Below are positions 57,161 through 64,000 of a stretch of 64,000 bases of DNA, in pieces. A program made the translations under genes and the position numbers. How positions within the stretch are numbered: the first letter of the stretch is position 1; each line of letters begins with the position of its first letter. The stretch is from NCBI RefSeq assembly GCF_009914755.1, contig NC_060936.1; one strand, 5' to 3'. The notes under the pieces are model-generated. The model made no database searches and was not told the DNA's origin. It saw only the letters and a list, made by a program, of their open reading frames with translations. The DNA is from the human T2T-CHM13v2.0 reference genome, Homo sapiens.

Positions 57161-57729
57161 AAGAGTTTTTTTTTAACTTAAAAATGGTTGAAATTTAAAA
57201 TGTTGTAAAGTTGAAAAAGAGCCCCTTAGAAAGGAATGATTCAGCATTACTGATGGCATTTTAAAAAGGAAATGTATCTGTGAGACAGCTTTAGAAAAGT
57301 TTTGCAGCTTGGATACCGTAAACTATGCACTAATGAGCTTCAACCCATTTTCTTGCTTATTTTGTCAACCCTGACACCAAGGATAGTTACCAGCTGCTGA
57401 AGAAGCACTTTCTGGACATTGGGCAGCTTTTTCTTTTGGAGCCAACTCTATTCTTTTTCAGGGTTATAGTTAAATCATTCAACACAAAAATATGTACTTA
57501 CACAGTTTTAGAGCTTGTCACATTGGTGACCTGATGAATGCCACTTAAATTACCTAGATTCATCTTTAAGCAGAATTGTTTTCCCTTCAGATGCTTAGAA
57601 AGATTGTTAGTTTCTTTTATATCTTTAAGTTCTAAATCACAAAATCATATGGCAAGAAAAACCCCAGATTTCTTTTCCAATCTATGAATAAACATAAAGA
57701 GACAGTTTATACTTAATTGATCTATCTGA

Positions 57730-57975
<246 letters not shown>

Positions 57976-58189
57976 TAGCCAGGATGGTCTCGATGTTTTT
58001 AAAGAAAAAATATTTACATTTATTATCAAATTGATCTTAAAATCTAAAATACATTAAGATATGCTTTTGGAAACTGTTTACAAACAACCTCAACAAATAA
58101 ACATCATCGCTTTCAATCACATTTCTTTTTTTCTGGACCCAGTTGCTCTAACTTGCACTATCCCTTTTTTTTTTTTTTTTTTTTTTTGA

Positions 58190-58348
<159 letters not shown>

Positions 58349-59654
58349 TAGTAGAGATAGCGTTTCTTCATGTTGGTGAGGTTGGTCTTGAACTCCCGAC
58401 CTCAGGTGATCCGCCTGCCTCAGCCTCCCAAAGTGCTGGGATTACAGGCGTGAGCCCCCACGCCCAGCCCCTTCTTTTTATTTGAAATCAAGATTTCGTC
58501 TCTGGCGAAGTTATTTCTCAGATATAACTTAGCAAGAATTTATCATCTTTTATCACATTCCCCATGTTTATGTGAACATGTATGACAGCGATGGTTTGAA
58601 GATTTCTTCAGAACTTTCTGCTTGCAAATATTTTGCCCTATCATCCCCTTAAATATAGTTGTACTCATGGATATTGCTTTCCAAATTTGAAAATACGGTA
58701 ATTAATTACTTGCATGTTGAAATATACATAAAGGACTTGCCCACACATAAGATTCCACCTGTAATTATGGCTTTGAGGAGAGGAGGGCATGAAGGGCTGC
58801 ATAGTCTTAGTATTAAATAATTCATTACGCTAAAGGAGAATGCACGTAAAGTCAAGTGGCAGGAGATGCAATTGTGAAAGGGCCATGGCCACATTTTGTC
58901 TTGGGGATGTGGAGCCATTGAAAATAAATGAAACAGTCACTGTGTTTAATCTCACCAGTCTTCAAAACAATTCAGAGGGCTTACTGCTCATTTTTACTGA
59001 TAAGAAGATAATAAAAATAATAAAGCATTGACTTAGGTACAAGGCTCCATTTAGAACTAGGTTCTTTACAAGCCTCGCCTCTAATTCATGCAGCAATCCT
59101 TACTCAAGGTAGGTGTTTCTTGCATTATACAGAAGAGGAAACTGGGTCTTAGAGAGGTTTAGGTCTCTTCCCAGGGCCACAAAACTAAACGATGAAACTT
59201 GGAAGAAGCCCACTTTTTTTTCACTGCATCATACTACCTTGAATATGAAATATCTCTGCCAAGTCTACAAGTGCAGTATAGAAGGTTATGGTGATGGTCA
59301 TAGTGGGTGGATTGAGGCTGTGTGGTGGGACAGACAGTGGCAGTAGGGATCGTGAGGAGGGGGCACGTCTAAGAGCTATTTGGGAGGTAGGGTGGAACAG
59401 GCATTGGATGTTACTATATGTGGAAAGTGAGGAAGACAGTGGAGCTAAGAATCTTCTCAGGCTGGATAGGAGGTGGTTCTATTTACAAAGGAAGGTATTA
59501 TGGGGCAGAGCAGTTTTAGAGGGTGAAATTGATGCTCAAGTTACATGAGTTTCTGTTGTTTTTGACACAGGGTTTCTCTCTGTCACCCAGGCTGGAGTGC
59601 AGTGGTGCTGTTACAGCTCACCGCAACCTTAACTAACCATCCTGGCTCAAGTGA

Positions 59655-60255
<601 letters not shown>

Positions 60256-62593
60256 TGATCTTCTGACCTCGTGATCCACCGACCTTGGCCTCCGAAAGTG
60301 CTGGGATTATAGGCATGAGCCACCGCGCCCAGCCTAATTTTTGTACTTTTAGTAGAGAGAAGATTTCAAACATGTTGCCCAGGCTGGTCTGAAATTCCTG
60401 AGCTCGAGCGATCTGCCTGCCTTGCCCTCGTAAAGTGTGGAGATTACAGGCATGAGCCATTGTGCCCAGCCACATAAGTCCTTTTAATTCATGTTTTCTT
60501 TGCTGGGGAAGCGTACATTGCATGATGGATTCAGATCCTCAACTTTCTTTTTTTTCTTTTTTTGAGATGGGGTCTCATTTTGTCACCTAGGCTGGAGTAC
60601 AGTGGTGTGATCGTGGCTTACTGCAGCCTTGACCTCCTGGGCTCAAGCAATCCTCATGCCTCAGCCCCCAAGTAGCTGGGACTACAGGTGCACACCGCCA
60701 TGCCTGACTAATTTTTGTATTTTTTTTGTAGACACAGGGTTTTGCCATGTAAGCCAGGTTGGTCTAGAACTCTTGAGCTAAGGACAGTCCGCCTGTTTTG
60801 GCCTCCCAAAGTGCTAGGATTACAGGCTAACTTTCAATTTAATAAAAAAAATTAATTTGTGCAATTGGTTGTTATTTTATAGAAGCCTAATTTCTAGAAT
60901 ATGGGATATAAACAATTTAATAATGTTTTCACCAGTTAGTTTGATTGCTTTCTAAATTAGGAAAAATGAAAACAAATAAACGATGGGCAAAAAAGCTGAC
61001 TGGGGACAGTAAGGTCTAAGAAGGCAGCCTAAGTGGAAAATTAGCCCTTACTCACCATTTAGGGTTATGGGGGCTGGGAGCAACAGTCCTCACTGCTCAC
61101 TGACTAATCTTTATCAATCTTATTTAATCTTTATTGAAGATGCATTAGCATTTTTAATTTAAGTGGGTTTTTTTCCTCTTTTCTTTTGGTGGGGGGTGTG
61201 GGCGGCGGGGGAGTTTCAATATGTTGACCAGGCTGGTCTTGAACTCCTGGCCTCAAGCGATTCTCCCTCCTCAGCCTCCCAAAGTGCTGGGATTACAGGC
61301 ATGAGCCATTGCACCCAGCCTTTTCTATTTTTCATTTCAAGAGTTTGCTTTTTAAGAATTAAAATTGTGTAATTATGACAGTTTTTATTGCAGTACTCCA
61401 AGCTAGAGAAAAGCATATATAAATTAATAGTTTTCCCTTCTTCTCCCACAGTTCTGTCTCTGTTGTTAACACTTTGCTGAGTATTCTTCTGTACTTGTTT
61501 TAAATGTCTTTAAACATATAGGCAGGGTTTTTGTGTGTGTGGTGTTTTTGGTTTTTTTTTTTTGCTGTTTTTCTTCCTTTGTTTTTATAAAAACAGGATC
61601 TTGCAGCCTGGTGTTTTAAATTTAGTAGTATGTCCTTTCAAAAGGCAGGTATTTACGAGACAAAGCTGCATTTTTAAAGCACTGGTGAAGTGTGAAGAAA
61701 ATGAGACCGATTAGGGAAGAAAACCCGAGAAGCTCAGAGTTTGGGTGACCCTGGGGATGTGGGAAGGTGGTGAAAATGGTACCCTGAGGGTAGCATGGAT
61801 GGTAAGTGAAAGAGGAAAAGGTGTAGGTTTGCATAAAAGAAACTGATGGAATTTGGATGCCCCATAGCAGACCCAGGGGAATGATACCAGGGGAAAAGAT
61901 GGACAGTTTTGTGGGTAAATTAGCAGTGATTTTGATTCCTTGTCTTGTTAGCTGCTGATGGAGATACGTGTATCAGCATAATACCTGGCTAGTTTCCATG
62001 GCCGGCAAGAGCCAGTCCTACAGTGTGACCACATCCTGTCCATTCTGGGTCTTGGTGGCAAGCCAGGATGATTCAGGCAGTTGGGCTTTATTACGTTATC
62101 CCTTCTTTGCCCTCTGAAAGCTGAGTTTTGAAATAGTTAGGATCTTATACAACATCTCAGATTCAGCATGCTGTGCAGGAGGTGGGGAGAAAAGGGTACA
62201 AAAGAGGAAAATGTTCAGTGAAGGTGTTATTACAATGGAGGGGAATATGAAAGTGGAAATTGATACCTTTTCCTCTTGGGATTTAATTAAGTCTATAAAA
62301 TTAAGGTGTTGCAATACATAATGTCTATGATTTTTTTTTTACCAGCTCTAAATCTCTGAGATGGCTGTGTTTTAGAGCTGCATGTTCTGCTTATTTACTG
62401 CCTGTCCTTTACATTTCAAATTCATTCAATATTTTTCCAAAGTACAGAATAGTTTTGCCTAGTTGCAGTAATTTTCACCTAGACTTCAGGGATCTTCCAT
62501 CAACTCTTTTATGTATTTTTTCTCCTTTGTTTTTCCACTCTGGTCACTCAGTTCTAGCCAAGATAGTCCACCTTATTTTAGCACTTGTACTAT

Positions 62594-62705
<112 letters not shown>

Positions 62706-62741
62706 GTAATTTTGAGATGGAGTCTCACTCTGTCGCTCTGA

Positions 62742-62876
<135 letters not shown>

Positions 62877-63850
62877 TGATTTTGTTTTTACTGGAGGCTC
62901 AGGTGGCCCAACTAATTTTTAGAAATTATTATTTGCAGAGATGAGGTTTTGTTATGTTGCTCAGGCTGGTCTTGAACTTCTGGGCTCAAGTGATTCTCCC
63001 ACCTCAGCCTCCCAAAGTGTTGGGATTGTAGGTGTGAACTACTGTGCCTGGCCTTCTACATTTTTTTTTTAACCATTTCATAGTTCCCTTTTTCTTTGAA
63101 CACTTGGTCCAAACTCACTTTTCTTCTGGATTCATATTTTCTGATCTCACCTATTATAGAACTGATATGTTACGTTTGTTTTCATTGATGCGTCTGTACT
63201 TGGCTTCAGAGAGCAGAACAAGGCCCTGTGAGTCACTGGGAGCCAGATTTTGGATCAAAATAAATCACTTTCTGACAAGTGTAGTTGTCTAGTAATGGAA
63301 TGAGGCAGTCTTCTTAGGAAGTAATGAATTCCCTGTCACCAAAAGGGAGAAGCTAGTGAGCCACTTGCTGAGAATACTCTATGGGGAGTTGTCCTTAGGA
63401 AGGGGTATATCTAGAATGATCTCTAAGGTTCATTCTTATTCGGATTTCTTTGATTTTTATCATTCCAGGTGTTCCAAATAATTTGATAAGTTTATGTTTT
63501 TTATACTTTTCCCACCACCAGAGCAGTGTTTCCAACATGGTTAAATTGTTCTGCTTTAATGTTTGGCATTTCACACTATTTGATGACTGTAAACATTTGG
63601 AATGTTTTCACAGTGTCTCAAAACTTTATTTTGATTTATGTTTTGCTTTATTTTCAGAAGAAAACTAATGGGTAATATAAAGCTTTAAGATGAGTGTATC
63701 TCTAAATTTGGAGAGCTTTCAGTGAAACTGTACATTTTGAAGCTACGTGGTTGCATTGAGGGAGGTCTACAGCCTCCAGAATCTTCTTTTTCACACACAC
63801 GGGCACATGTGCATGTGCATGACTTTATATTTTGTCATTTACGCTTAGTC

Positions 63851-63870
63851 ATATATATATATATACACAA

Positions 63871-63946
<76 letters not shown>
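63851..63946. repeat. Compound (AT)n(AC)~29(AT)n microsatellite
   Basis: Direct reading. Confidence 0.95.
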
Positions 63947-64000
63947 TTTTTTTAAGACCATATTTCGCTCTCGTTGTCCAGGCTGGAGTGCAATGGCATG

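Overview
Human genomic DNA. The BICD1 exon and the human-specific LTR5_Hs element point to chr12p11.21. About 52 kb is repeat-dense intergenic sequence: roughly 75-80 Alus or Alu fragments by eye count, plus ERV/MaLR LTRs, old L1/L2/MIR and DNA transposons. It is followed by the BICD1 CpG-island promoter, coding exon 1 (53495-53707) and the first ~10 kb of intron 1. BICD1 exon 1 is the only real protein-coding sequence; almost all other listed ORFs are Alu, microsatellite or CpG-island artefacts. The most notable signal is absent from the ORF track: a decayed 138-bp copy of a GABA-A receptor pi subunit (GABRP) exon with both splice sites. It lies inside a ~1.8-kb antisense insertion with a poly(A) signal, a short A tail and a target-site duplication (TSD), which looks like L1-mediated transduction of an exon from another chromosome. 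Also found: two other non-L1/Alu retroposed RNA 3' ends, a locally templated repair insertion, an intact 968-bp LTR5_Hs upstream of BICD1, and a four-uORF 5' leader with a possible bypass splice. Repeat subfamily calls and the GABRP match come from remembered consensus sequences, not a database search, and repeat boundaries are approximate unless a TSD is quoted.
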